DNA from: Chloroflexia bacterium
Lineage (GTDB): Bacteria; Chloroflexota; Chloroflexia; DTKN01
NCBI GenBank assembly: GCA_036172265.1
Contig: JASFBA010000099.1
Coordinates: 631 to 64,630 of the forward strand
Reading direction: 5' to 3'
Length of the DNA: 64,000 nucleotides
The notes under the pieces are model-generated. The model did no database searches, was not told where the DNA came from, and was given only the letters and a program-made list of their open reading frames with translations. Both the position numbers and the translations under genes were made by a program. Positions 51,559 to 60,483 of this stretch are shown one piece after another. Each line of letters starts with the position of its first letter. Position 1 is the first letter of the stretch.

Positions 51559-53016
51559 TCATTTCGGGATGGTCCTGGGGCAACCCGCCGACCGATGTCC
51601 CTTGTACCACCACCCGATAGCGGCATAATACGCCACCAGGAACCCTACTCCTAGCGGCGGCAGCGGGAGCGCGGCCCAGGGAAGGCCTCCGCTCCACTCC
51701 ACCACGCCCAGCATATAGGAGGCCACCAGCCAGGTGAGGCCCTGGAGGATCGTTCCCAGGCCGGGAAGAGTGGCCAAGAGAAGGGTAAGCGTTCCCAGGA
51801 GCATAAGCGGGGAGAGAGCCGGGCAGGCCAGGAGGTTGGCCAGGGGCACAACAAGCGAGAACTGGCGGAAGTACAGCGCCATAAGCGGCCAGGTCAGGAG
51901 TTGGGAAGCGAGGGTAGCCGCAAGCGATTCGGCCAGGAAGCGCGGCCAGCGGGCCAGGGACTCCATCCATATCGGCACGAATACCAGCATTCCCATCGTC
52001 GCGCTGAAGGAGAGTTGAAAACTTGTATCCCAGAGGAGGAGTGGGTCCCAGAGGGTCATCGCCCAGGCGGCGGCCATAAGGGCGGTGGGGCCGTGGCCCG
52101 GCCGGCCGACCTCCCGGGCCAGGACGTAGAGGAGGCCCATGAATGCCGCCCGCAGCACCGCCGCCCCCGCCCCGACGAAGAGGGTGTAGAGGAGAATGCC
52201 GGAGGCCGCCAGAAAGGGCGAGAGGCGGCGGGGAAGAAAGCGGCCGGCCGCCGCAAGAAAACCCGCCACGATGGTGATGTTCCAGCCGGAGATGGCCAGG
52301 ATATGGCTGGTGCCGCTCCGCGAGAAAGCCTCTTGCACCTCGGAAGGGATGCCGGCCCGGGTGCCCAACAGGATGCCCACCAGGAGGGAGGCCTGCGGTT
52401 CCGGCAGCAAGCCTTCCAGACGCTGCCGGGCCCAGGAACGCACGCCGTAAAGAAGCCGCGCCCCCCAGAAGCCGCCCTGACCGGGCAGCCGCTCCACTAC
52501 CTGGGCCCTTTGCAACAGGGCACAGATGCCATGTCGGGCTAGATAGTCCCGGTAGGAGAACGTCCCGCCGCTCTGCGGGCGGACCAGTTTCCCCCTTAGG
52601 ACCAGCCGGTCGCCGTAGCCCACTGCCCAAAAGCGCTCCCCTTGAACCAATACGGTTCCCCCTTCTTCCTTCCCTTCCTCCCCGACCGGGCGCAACGTCT
52701 CGACCTGAAAGGGAAAAGACAGGCCGTTCCCCTGCACTTCCCCCTCTCCCACCACCGTCCCGGCCAGTTCGACCGTCTGGCCGGCATAGGCCAGGAGCGC
52801 CTGGGGGGCGGGACGGGCCAGACCCCAGCGCAGTGCCCCCAGGGAAGCCACGAGGGCCAAGGAAAGAAGGGTTCGAGGCCACCGTTTGTTCCGCCAAAGG
52901 AGAAGGAGCAGGAGCGCCGTCCCGGCCAGCAAAGCACCCACCGTCCAGGGAAGTCCCGTTTCCTTCCCCAGAACGATTCCTCCCGCCCAGGCCGTTGCCA
53001 GTCCAATGAGTGTCAT
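51559..53016 (-). CDS. comEC: ComEC/Rec2 family competence protein, N-terminal/TM part only (no metallo-beta-lactamase domain)
   Basis: DUF4131-like N-terminus and the competence-domain block SGTSHILAISGWNITIVAGF. The ORF ends at 485 aa. Confidence 0.8.
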   Translation of the reverse strand: MTLIGLATAWAGGIVLGKETGLPWTVGALLAGTALLLLLLWRNKRWPRTLLSLALVASLGALRWGLARPAPQALLAYAGQTVELAGTVVGEGEVQGNGLSFPFQVETLRPVGEEGKEEGGTVLVQGERFWAVGYGDRLVLRGKLVRPQSGGTFSYRDYLARHGICALLQRAQVVERLPGQGGFWGARLLYGVRSWARQRLEGLLPEPQASLLVGILLGTRAGIPSEVQEAFSRSGTSHILAISGWNITIVAGFLAAAGRFLPRRLSPFLAASGILLYTLFVGAGAAVLRAAFMGLLYVLAREVGRPGHGPTALMAAAWAMTLWDPLLLWDTSFQLSFSATMGMLVFVPIWMESLARWPRFLAESLAATLASQLLTWPLMALYFRQFSLVVPLANLLACPALSPLMLLGTLTLLLATLPGLGTILQGLTWLVASYMLGVVEWSGGLPWAALPLPPLGVGFLVAYYAAIGWWYKGHRSAGCPRTIPK

Positions 53017-53265
53017 CGTCGTCCTCCCTGAAGGATATTATACCATGTTATTGCTAACCTGTCAATAGGGAGGGCAACTCTTGGCCAAAATAACCCTATT
53101 TTTATCACCACCTACGCCAAAGAAAGGCCCGGCCCAGATGCGCAGGGGCGGGTTCAGAACCCGCCCTACGGCGCCACAAGGCCTGTCAGGTGGGAGACCC
53201 AATCCGGGTCCTTAGCATCCCGATATGTTGGAGCATTGAAAAGCCCTGCTGGTGATCGGCCTTAC

Positions 53266-53294
53266 TTGACGGTTTCCCCCGATCGTGCTACAAT
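53266..53294 (+). promoter_or_regulatory. sigma-A promoter for nifU-nifS
   Basis: TTGACG (53266-53271), 17 bp, TGcTACAAT (53286-53294). Confidence 0.45.
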
Positions 53295-53335
53295 GGCTTT
53301 GGTTTTGAAATAGCATGTACGGAGGAGAACATCTG

Positions 53336-53557
53336 ATGCGCGAAAAGATCGAGGAGGTATTGCGGCTCATCCGCCCGCAGTTGCAGGCCGACGGTGGAGA
53401 TATCGAACTGGTGGACGTGGACGAGGAGGGCAACGTCCGGGTCAAGTTGCTGGGCACGTGCCACGGTTGCCCGATGTCGCAACTGACCCTGGCCTGGGGG
53501 GTCGAGCGAGTCCTGAAGGAACGCGTCCCCGGCGTCACTCGCGTGGTGCCGGTGTAA
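53336..53557 (+). CDS. NifU-like Fe-S cluster scaffold domain protein (Nfu-type)
   Basis: 73 aa with the CHGCPMS motif. The second ATG at 53336 is chosen because it follows GGAGGAG. Confidence 0.8.
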   Translation: MREKIEEVLRLIRPQLQADGGDIELVDVDEEGNVRVKLLGTCHGCPMSQLTLAWGVERVLKERVPGVTRVVPV

Positions 53558-53646
53558 CTTCTGGCCGCTTTCAAGGGCCTCCCCTTGACGAAAGGGGAGG
53601 CCCTTGATATTATGAAGGTGCATAGTACTTGCCTGAGGAGGACCTG

Positions 53647-54798
53647 ATGGAGGAGCCGATCTATCTGGATCATGCGGCGACGACCCCTTTGGACCTCCGT
53701 GTTCTGCAAGCGATGTTGCCCTATCTTACCGAGCGTTTCGGCAACCCTTCCAGCATCCATCGCCTTGGCCGGGAAGCCCGTCAGGCCTTGGACGAGGCCC
53801 GCGGGAGCGTGGCCGAGGTGCTGAACGCCTCACCCCAGGAGATTGTCTTCACATCCAGCGGGACCGAAGCCGATAACTTGGCCATCAAGGGTGTGGCCCA
53901 TGCCCTCCTCCTGGAAGGAAAGGGCAACCACATCATCACCAGCGCCATCGAGCACCACGCCGTACTCCATACTTGCGATTACCTGGAGCGTCTTGGCTTC
54001 CAGGTCACCCGCCTTCCCGTGGACGGCTACGGCTTGGTGCATCCGGAAGTTCTGGCCGAGGCTATCCGGCCCGAGACCGTTCTGGTGAGCATTATGTACG
54101 CCAACAACGAGGTGGGGACGATCGAGCCGATTCCCGAACTGGCCGCGGTAGCCCATCGGCATGGCGTCTACTTTCACACCGATGCCGTCCAGGCCGGGGG
54201 TTCCCTTTCGCTCGATGTCGAAGCCCTAGGGGTGGACCTTCTGAGCCTCTCGGCCCACAAGTTCTATGGGCCTCGCGGGGTCGGGATGTTGTATGTACGT
54301 CGGGGCGTGCCGCTCATGCCGCAGATCCACGGCGGTGGGCAGGAGCGTAACCGGCGCTCCGGCACAGAAAACGTCGCCGGCATCGTCGGGTTGGCCACGG
54401 CCCTCCGGCTGGCCCAGGAAGAGCGAGAGGCCTATAACGCCCACTGTCTTCACCTGCGGGAGCGCCTGATCGCAGGCCTTCTGGAGCGTATCCCCTCAGC
54501 CCGCCTGAACGGCCATCCCACCCGGAGGCTGCCAAACAACGCCCACTTTTGCTTCGAGCGTGTGGATGGGGAGAGCCTCCTGGTCAAGTTGGACCAGCAG
54601 GGCATCTATGCCTCCGGAGGTTCGGCCTGCACCGCCGGCGCGCTGGAGCCCTCGCATGTTCTTACGGCGATGGGAGTGCCGCCGGAGATGGCCCGGGGGG
54701 CTCTCCGGCTGACCGTCGGCCGGCAGAACACGCCGGAACAGATCGAACGTGTCCTGGACCTCCTGCCTCGGTCTATCGAGGAGGTGGCGGACGTGTAG
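53647..54798 (+). CDS. nifS: cysteine desulfurase (NifS/IscS family)
   Basis: [22 protein letters not shown] (PLP-Lys) and SGGSACT active-site Cys. ATG at 53647 follows GAGGAGGA. Confidence 0.9.
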   Translation: MEEPIYLDHAATTPLDLRVLQAMLPYLTERFGNPSSIHRLGREARQALDEARGSVAEVLNASPQEIVFTSSGTEADNLAIKGVAHALLLEGKGNHIITSAIEHHAVLHTCDYLERLGFQVTRLPVDGYGLVHPEVLAEAIRPETVLVSIMYANNEVGTIEPIPELAAVAHRHGVYFHTDAVQAGGSLSLDVEALGVDLLSLSAHKFYGPRGVGMLYVRRGVPLMPQIHGGGQERNRRSGTENVAGIVGLATALRLAQEEREAYNAHCLHLRERLIAGLLERIPSARLNGHPTRRLPNNAHFCFERVDGESLLVKLDQQGIYASGGSACTAGALEPSHVLTAMGVPPEMARGALRLTVGRQNTPEQIERVLDLLPRSIEEVADV

Positions 54799-54816
54799 TG
54801 CGGGCTTCGGCCCGCA
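54799..54816 (+). terminator. GC hairpin with UUCG tetraloop immediately after the nifS stop
   Basis: tgcgggc-ttcg-gcccgca, a 7-bp stem. There is no T-tract. Two more overlapping palindromes follow (cagcctg..caggctg, aggctgaagcct). Confidence 0.4.
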
Positions 54817-54865
54817 GCCTGCCCGCACAGGCTGAAGCCTGTCCTCCAACAATTGCTAAGGCTGA

Positions 54866-55066
54866 ACGGCGTGTCGGGCCAACCAAGTACTGCAACGGAG
54901 CAGGAAGTTCTGGCAGGACAAAAGTTACGACCATCTTATCCGGAATGAAGCGGAGTTGACCCAGCTGGTTGTCTATATTCTGAACAACCCGGTCCGGGCG
55001 AGACGAGTGGGAAATTGGCGGGATCGGCCATTTGCCTACCTCTCTCCCGTCTGGAATCCAGAATAA
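54866..55066 (+). pseudogene. C-terminal remnant of a REP-associated tyrosine transposase (RAYT / IS200-like Y1 transposase)
   Basis: 66-codon frame that begins right after an in-frame TGA. It encodes KFWQDKSYDHLIRNEAELTQLVVYILNNPVRARRVGNWRDRPFAY, matching the RAYT C-terminal pattern (FWQ..YW-H-IR.E....+.YI..NPVKAGLV....W.YSS). The N-terminal HuH/Tyr region is absent. Confidence 0.55.
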
Positions 55067-55087
55067 CCTGGGCCGGAGAGGTTGCCC

Positions 55088-58000
55088 GTGTCCGAACAGG
55101 AAGCCCTAGAGAAAGCCATCGCCGCGCTGGAGGCGCAGCGGGCCACCTTGGGCGACGCCGTGGTGGACACCGCCATCGCCGCCCTGCGCCGGGAGATACT
55201 CGCCTCCCGACCCCTTCCCCAGGAAGAGCGCAAGCAGGTGACCGTCCTCTTTGCCGACCTGGTCGGCTTCACCGCCCTGGCCGAGAAGATGGACCCCGAA
55301 GAGGTGCATGAGGTGCTGGGGGCCTATTTCGGCCGCTGGAAAGCAGCCATCGCCCGACACGAAGGGATGGTGGAAAAGTTCATCGGCGATGCGGTAGTGG
55401 CCGTTTTCGGCCTTCCCCTGGCCCGAGAGGATACCCCGCAGCAAGCCGTTTGGGCCGCCCTAGAAGTGCGAAAGGAACTGGAGGAACTGAACCGGGAGTT
55501 AGAGCGCGAGCGGGGTCTGCATCTGGCCATGCGGGTGGGCATCCATACCGGCCCGGCGTTGGTACGTTACGAGAGGCATGGCGAGGAGGAAACTTTCTCC
55601 GTCATCGGCGACACGGTGAACTTGGCCGCCCGGCTAGAGCAGGCCGCTCCGGTGGGGGGGATCTTGATCTCCTACGAAATCTTTCGACAGGTGCGCGGCC
55701 TCTTTGAGGTGACGCCGCAGGAGCCGTTTCTGGTCAAGGGGAAGACGAAGCCAGTACGGACCTATCTGGTGCACGGTCCCCGTCGGATGACCTACTGGCC
55801 GGCCGGCCGTGGTCTGGAAGGCCTGGAAACCCCTATGGTCGGCCGAGAGCAAGAACTCGCCACCCTGCAGGAGGCCTTTCACGCCGTCGCCTCCGGCCCG
55901 GAGGTCCGCTTTCTTGTTGCCGTTGGCGAGGCCGGGGTGGGAAAGACCCGCTTGCTGCAGGAGTTTGAGCGTTGGCTGCTTGCCCTTTCTTCCCCCACCC
56001 ATATTTGCCATGCCCGGGCTTCACCAGAAACGACCACCATCCCCTATGCCCTCCTCCATACCCTCTTTTCCCTCCGTTTCGATATCCTGGAAAGCGACGA
56101 TGGGGCCACGGTGCAGGCTAAATTCCTCCAGGGCATGGAGCCCTTCCTGCCGGCTGAGCGTGCTCTGCTCGTCGGCCAACTGGCCGGCTTCGACTTTTCT
56201 GCCGTTCCCTCCATACAGGCCCTCTTGGGAAGCCCATCTCTCTCCCAGCAGGCCTTGGCCGACCTCACCCTTTTCTTCCGTTCTCTGAGCGTCTCTTCCC
56301 CTACCGTGATCTTCCTGGAGGACCTCCACTGGGCCGATAATCCTTCCCTGGACCTCTTCCTTCGTCTATCCCGCGAACTTTCCGGTCCCCTCCTCATCCT
56401 GGCCTCGGCCCGTCCAGACCTCTTCGACCGCCGGCCGGACCTGGCCTCGATGGAAGGCATCGTCCGCCTTCAGCCTCTTCCCTATCTGTCCTGCCATGCC
56501 CTAGCGAAGGAGATTCTGCGCCGGGTAAAAGACCTTCCACCATATCTGCCCGAATTCCTGGCCGGGCAAGCCGGGGGCAACCCCTTCTTCCTGGAAGAAC
56601 TCGTCCTTATGCTCATCGAAAGGGGTATTATCGTCCCTGGGGACGAACATTGGGAAGTGCGACTAGAGCGACTGGAAGGGTGGGCCGTGCCTTCCTCCCT
56701 TGTCGCCCTTCTGCAAGCCCGGCTGGATGCCCTTCCCCCGGCTGAAAAGGCCCTCCTCCAGAAAGCCTCGGTGGGAGGACGGAACTTCTGGGACGGCCTT
56801 CTCCTGTTCCTGGGCGAGAAGGAGGAAAGTATTGCTGCCCTTCTGGAAAGCCTAGTAGCACGGGAGATGGTTATGCCCCAGGTACGTTCGGCTTTTGCCA
56901 GAACCAGAGAGTATGCCTTTCGACATGCTCTTCTGCGCGAGGTCTGCTATGAGACGGTGTTGCTCCAGAAGCGACGACTTTACCACCGGCAGGTGGCAGA
57001 GTGGCTGGAGAGGCAGGCGGGGGAGCGGCAGGGAGAATATGCCGGCCTGATTGGGGAACACTATGAGCGAGCGGGGGAGAAAGAACAGGCCGCCCTCTGG
57101 TTGCAGCGGGCCGGAGAGCAGGCGCTGCAGACCAGCGCCTTTGCCGAGGCTGTCGCCGCCTTCGAGCGGGTTCTGGCACTTCTTCCGGAAGAGGAGTATG
57201 CCAAGCGGTCCAACTTGCTTGTCCGACTGGGCTATGCCTGGGCCCAGACCGGCGCGTATTCGACGGCTACAGAACATCTGCAGGCCGGCTTGACCCTGGC
57301 TCGATCGATCGCGGAGGAAAGGATTACCATCGAGGCTCTCAGCGGTCTGAGCATGATCGCCTCGCGGCGGGGCGACTATCAGGAAGCCCGCCGATTGGAG
57401 AAAGAAGCCCTGGATATGGCTTGCAGCCTCGGCGATTGTCGGTTGATGGCGCTGGCTCTGCGCCGACTGGGCATCGCGGCCATATCCTTGCGTGAGTATA
57501 CAGAAGCCTCCCGTTGCTTTCGGGAAAGCCTGACCCTATATGAAAGGATAGGGGAGCAGGAAGGAATCGCAGCCTGTCTGAACAACCTGGGCGTAGCCGC
57601 CCTTTACTTGGGCGACTATGGGACTGCCACTTCTTATTTCGAAAGAAGTCTGGAAATCCGCCGCTCGCTAAGAGACCGCTGGGGTATCGCCGGCTGTTAC
57701 ACCAACTTGGGGCTTCTAGCCCATTACCAAGGCAATTATACTACCGCCGTCCGTCGCTACCAAGCCAGCCTGGCCCTGGCCCGGGAATTAGGCGACCGAC
57801 AGGGCATAGCCCGCAATCTCTCGAATTTGAGCCAAGCCCTGATCGCTCTCAAGCGGAATGAAACAGCCAAACGATGTTGCCAAGAAGCGCTGACCGAGGC
57901 TCACGCCATTGGAGCCATACCGCTTGTATTAGGAACACTGGCCGGCCTGGCCGAAATAGCGGCCCACGCCGGCCGGCACCGATGGGCCGCCGAACTCCTG

Positions 58001-58168
58001 GGCCTAGCCCTCCATCACCCGGCGACCAATGCCGATGTAGCCAAGGCGGCCGAGCCGGCCCTTTCCTTCCTCCGGACCCAGATGCCGGCCGAGGCGCTGG
58101 AGACGGCTCTGGAGGAAGGCAAGTTCCTCAACCTGGAGGACACGATTCAGGAATTGCTGGCCGAGTAG
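55088..58168 (+). CDS. class III adenylate/guanylate cyclase domain fused to AAA/NB-ARC-type ATPase and TPR repeats
   Basis: Cyclase core VTVLFADLVGFT...FIGDAVVAVFG, P-loop GEAGVGKTR and C-terminal TPR repeats (LNNLGVAALYLGDY...). Start is GTG 55088 or TTG 55082, after GGAGAGG. Confidence 0.8.
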   Translation: MSEQEALEKAIAALEAQRATLGDAVVDTAIAALRREILASRPLPQEERKQVTVLFADLVGFTALAEKMDPEEVHEVLGAYFGRWKAAIARHEGMVEKFIGDAVVAVFGLPLAREDTPQQAVWAALEVRKELEELNRELERERGLHLAMRVGIHTGPALVRYERHGEEETFSVIGDTVNLAARLEQAAPVGGILISYEIFRQVRGLFEVTPQEPFLVKGKTKPVRTYLVHGPRRMTYWPAGRGLEGLETPMVGREQELATLQEAFHAVASGPEVRFLVAVGEAGVGKTRLLQEFERWLLALSSPTHICHARASPETTTIPYALLHTLFSLRFDILESDDGATVQAKFLQGMEPFLPAERALLVGQLAGFDFSAVPSIQALLGSPSLSQQALADLTLFFRSLSVSSPTVIFLEDLHWADNPSLDLFLRLSRELSGPLLILASARPDLFDRRPDLASMEGIVRLQPLPYLSCHALAKEILRRVKDLPPYLPEFLAGQAGGNPFFLEELVLMLIERGIIVPGDEHWEVRLERLEGWAVPSSLVALLQARLDALPPAEKALLQKASVGGRNFWDGLLLFLGEKEESIAALLESLVAREMVMPQVRSAFARTREYAFRHALLREVCYETVLLQKRRLYHRQVAEWLERQAGERQGEYAGLIGEHYERAGEKEQAALWLQRAGEQALQTSAFAEAVAAFERVLALLPEEEYAKRSNLLVRLGYAWAQTGAYSTATEHLQAGLTLARSIAEERITIEALSGLSMIASRRGDYQEARRLEKEALDMACSLGDCRLMALALRRLGIAAISLREYTEASRCFRESLTLYERIGEQEGIAACLNNLGVAALYLGDYGTATSYFERSLEIRRSLRDRWGIAGCYTNLGLLAHYQGNYTTAVRRYQASLALARELGDRQGIARNLSNLSQALIALKRNETAKRCCQEALTEAHAIGAIPLVLGTLAGLAEIAAHAGRHRWAAELLGLALHHPATNADVAKAAEPALSFLRTQMPAEALETALEEGKFLNLEDTIQELLAE

Positions 58169-58192
58169 GCAGATCGGGTTGTCAGCCCGGCC

Positions 58193-59350
58193 CTACGGCC
58201 CTTTCCACTCGACGAAGCGGCCTTCCCTGACCACAAAGATGGGAATTTTCTGCTCCAGGAGGTCCCCTTTCTCATCGTAGCGCAGCGGGCCGTAGAGGGT
58301 CTCGACGGTCATCGTCCGGATGGCTTCGGCCACCTTCTCCACCTCCAGCGTTCCGGCCCGTTTGATGCCTTCCACGATGACCTGCACCGCCGCATAGCCG
58401 GCCGGGCTGTTGATTCCCGGTTGGTAGCGGTAGCGCTCCCGAAACTCCCGCACCCAGGCGGCCATCTCCGGCCGGGAAAGGATGTCCGGGAAAAGGGAGG
58501 AGATATAGGCCCCCTCGGCGGCCCTGCCCACATCCCGCAGGAAGCCGTACTCAAAGGAGCCGTCGCCGCTCAGAAAGGTGGCCGAGAGGCCCACCTCGCG
58601 CATCTGCCGCAGAAGGAGGTCGCCGCCCGGATAGTAGCCGGAGAAAAAGACCAGGTCGGGCAAGTCAGCCTGAAGCCGGGCCACGATATCAGAAAAGTCC
58701 ACCGGGGGATCCACATAGGGGTAAGCGGCCACGATGGTGGCCCCCAGTTCTTGGGCCCGCCGGGTGAACTCGGCCCGCAGCCCTTCGGAGTAGGTATCGC
58801 CGCCGATGTAGACGATGGCGATACGCCGCGCCCCCAGCGTCTGAACGGCAAATTCGGCATCCACCGGCCCCTGAACCGAGTCTACCGGGCAGACGCGGAA
58901 GAAGGTGCGAAAGCCCTGCTTGCTGATGTCTGGGTTGGAGGCCATGGTCGTGACTTCCAGGATGCCGGCCTGGGCGTAGATGGCAGAGGCCGGCATGGTC
59001 GCTCCACTGGAGTAGTGCCCGACGATGGCGTAGACCTTCCGCTCGACAAACTGGCGGGCCACCTCCACCGCCACTTCCCCATCGGCCTGGTCGTCCAGGG
59101 GAACAACCACGATCTTGCGTCCCAGGACGCCGCCCTGGCAGTTGTAGTGGCGGGCGGCCAGTTCGGCCCCTCGCCAGAGGTCAATCCCCACCGCCGCCTG
59201 GCTTCCGGTGAGCGGGCCGGCGTAGCCGATGACGATCTCCCCCTCGTAACGGTGGGTATCCGGGTCCACCGTGCAGCGAACGGCTTCCGTCCGATCTCCC
59301 GGCCCACAGCCGGCCGGGCCGACTCCCAGAAGGGCTGCCAGAATCAGCAT
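58193..59350 (-). CDS. branched-chain amino acid ABC transporter substrate-binding lipoprotein (LivK/LivJ family)
   Basis: Lipobox LLGVGPAGCG and type I PBP fold (IGYAGPLTG, VYAIVGHYSSG). Start taken at the internal Met because the upstream 42 codons lack signal-peptide character. Confidence 0.8.
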   Translation of the reverse strand: MLILAALLGVGPAGCGPGDRTEAVRCTVDPDTHRYEGEIVIGYAGPLTGSQAAVGIDLWRGAELAARHYNCQGGVLGRKIVVVPLDDQADGEVAVEVARQFVERKVYAIVGHYSSGATMPASAIYAQAGILEVTTMASNPDISKQGFRTFFRVCPVDSVQGPVDAEFAVQTLGARRIAIVYIGGDTYSEGLRAEFTRRAQELGATIVAAYPYVDPPVDFSDIVARLQADLPDLVFFSGYYPGGDLLLRQMREVGLSATFLSGDGSFEYGFLRDVGRAAEGAYISSLFPDILSRPEMAAWVREFRERYRYQPGINSPAGYAAVQVIVEGIKRAGTLEVEKVAEAIRTMTVETLYGPLRYDEKGDLLEQKIPIFVVREGRFVEWKGP

Positions 59351-59615
59351 ACACCAGAGGATACGTCCGTACTTCACTATGGACCTCCACTTTTCCGGGC
59401 CTCTTCCCGGAAATAGCCCCAGGGTGTCCGGCGCAATCCCTGGCGCTCGATATACCGATGGGCCCTTTCTTTCCACTGTCGAAACGCGGCCTCATCCCCT
59501 CGAAGTCCGTCCAGCAGTGCTTCAAGGACCAGACCACGGTGCAGTATCTGCTCCAGTTCCGATTCCTTCCGCCGCCCGGAGGTCTTGTTCGGCCTCCTCG
59601 AGCCAGCGCAATGCC

Positions 59616-60467
59616 TCATCTCGCAGATCCATGGCCCGCCCTTCCAGAGAAGACCTCATCCAGCGCTTTGCTGGTTGCCCGCAACTCTTCCACCTGGGCC
59701 TTCAAGTTCTGCGAAACCACGTCCGTCGCCTCGGTCAGGTTGCGAATCTCGGCCGAGCGGAGCATGAGCACCTGGGAGTAGAGGTTGTCCAACGTAGTCG
59801 CCGCCCGTTGCAACTGGGCCTGCCAACGTTCCAGCCCGTTACGGATACGGGAAACGTTCTCCAGGAGTTCCTCCTTGACCTGGAGCGTCCCCTGATACTG
59901 TTGGCGCAGGTAGGGGTCCTGGCTCGTCTCGATCGCCCGGCGCAGCCGGGCGATTTCCTTTTGTTCTTGCTCCACATTCACCGGCTCCAACGACTCCTCC
60001 AGCGTTTGCGACTTGTAGGCGATCTCGTAGATGGTATCGGTGATCGCGCCAACCTGCTCCAGCGTCTCGGCCAGCACCCGCTGGAGGGCTTCGGGGGACT
60101 GGCGGATGGCGCGCTCGATGCGTTTGCGGTCGTCCAGGGCCTCCTGCATGACCGTCGCATACCGACCGCGCAGTTTGCGCAGGTCGGCACTGCGCTCCGG
60201 GTAGAGTTCCTCGACGATGACGCGGCGAATCTGCTCCGTGTCGCGCAAGGTGCCCGAGACGATGAGGGCATAGAAACAAAGGCCGGCCAGGAGGAAGAAA
60301 ACGCCCACCAGGTCGAAGCCAAAGCCGATGAGCAGGCCGGCTCCAAGGAAAGTAAGGGCCAGCGTGGCCGAGGCCAGCGGTGTGGTCAGGGCGTAGGTGA
60401 GGGCGATGCGCATCTTGCGCCGACGCATCTCCCGCAAGGGATCCTGGAAAAGGTCCTTCACCGTCAT
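59616..60467 (-). CDS. hypothetical membrane protein with two N-terminal TM helices and a long C-terminal coiled coil (XpaC/TelA-like architecture)
   Basis: 283 aa, with TM helices LTFLGAGLLIGFGFDLVGVFFLLAGLCFYALIVSG. It is the last gene of a co-directional cluster with the SBP-VWA and pspA genes. Confidence 0.55.
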   Translation of the reverse strand: MTVKDLFQDPLREMRRRKMRIALTYALTTPLASATLALTFLGAGLLIGFGFDLVGVFFLLAGLCFYALIVSGTLRDTEQIRRVIVEELYPERSADLRKLRGRYATVMQEALDDRKRIERAIRQSPEALQRVLAETLEQVGAITDTIYEIAYKSQTLEESLEPVNVEQEQKEIARLRRAIETSQDPYLRQQYQGTLQVKEELLENVSRIRNGLERWQAQLQRAATTLDNLYSQVLMLRSAEIRNLTEATDVVSQNLKAQVEELRATSKALDEVFSGRAGHGSAR

Positions 60468-60483
60468 CTCTTTTCACCCCGCC

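Noticed and set aside
59377-59619. 80-aa minus ORF as an independent gene
   Set aside because: It has no recognisable motifs and runs up against the LivK-like gene's signal-peptide region. It is kept only as part of the frameshift hypothesis.
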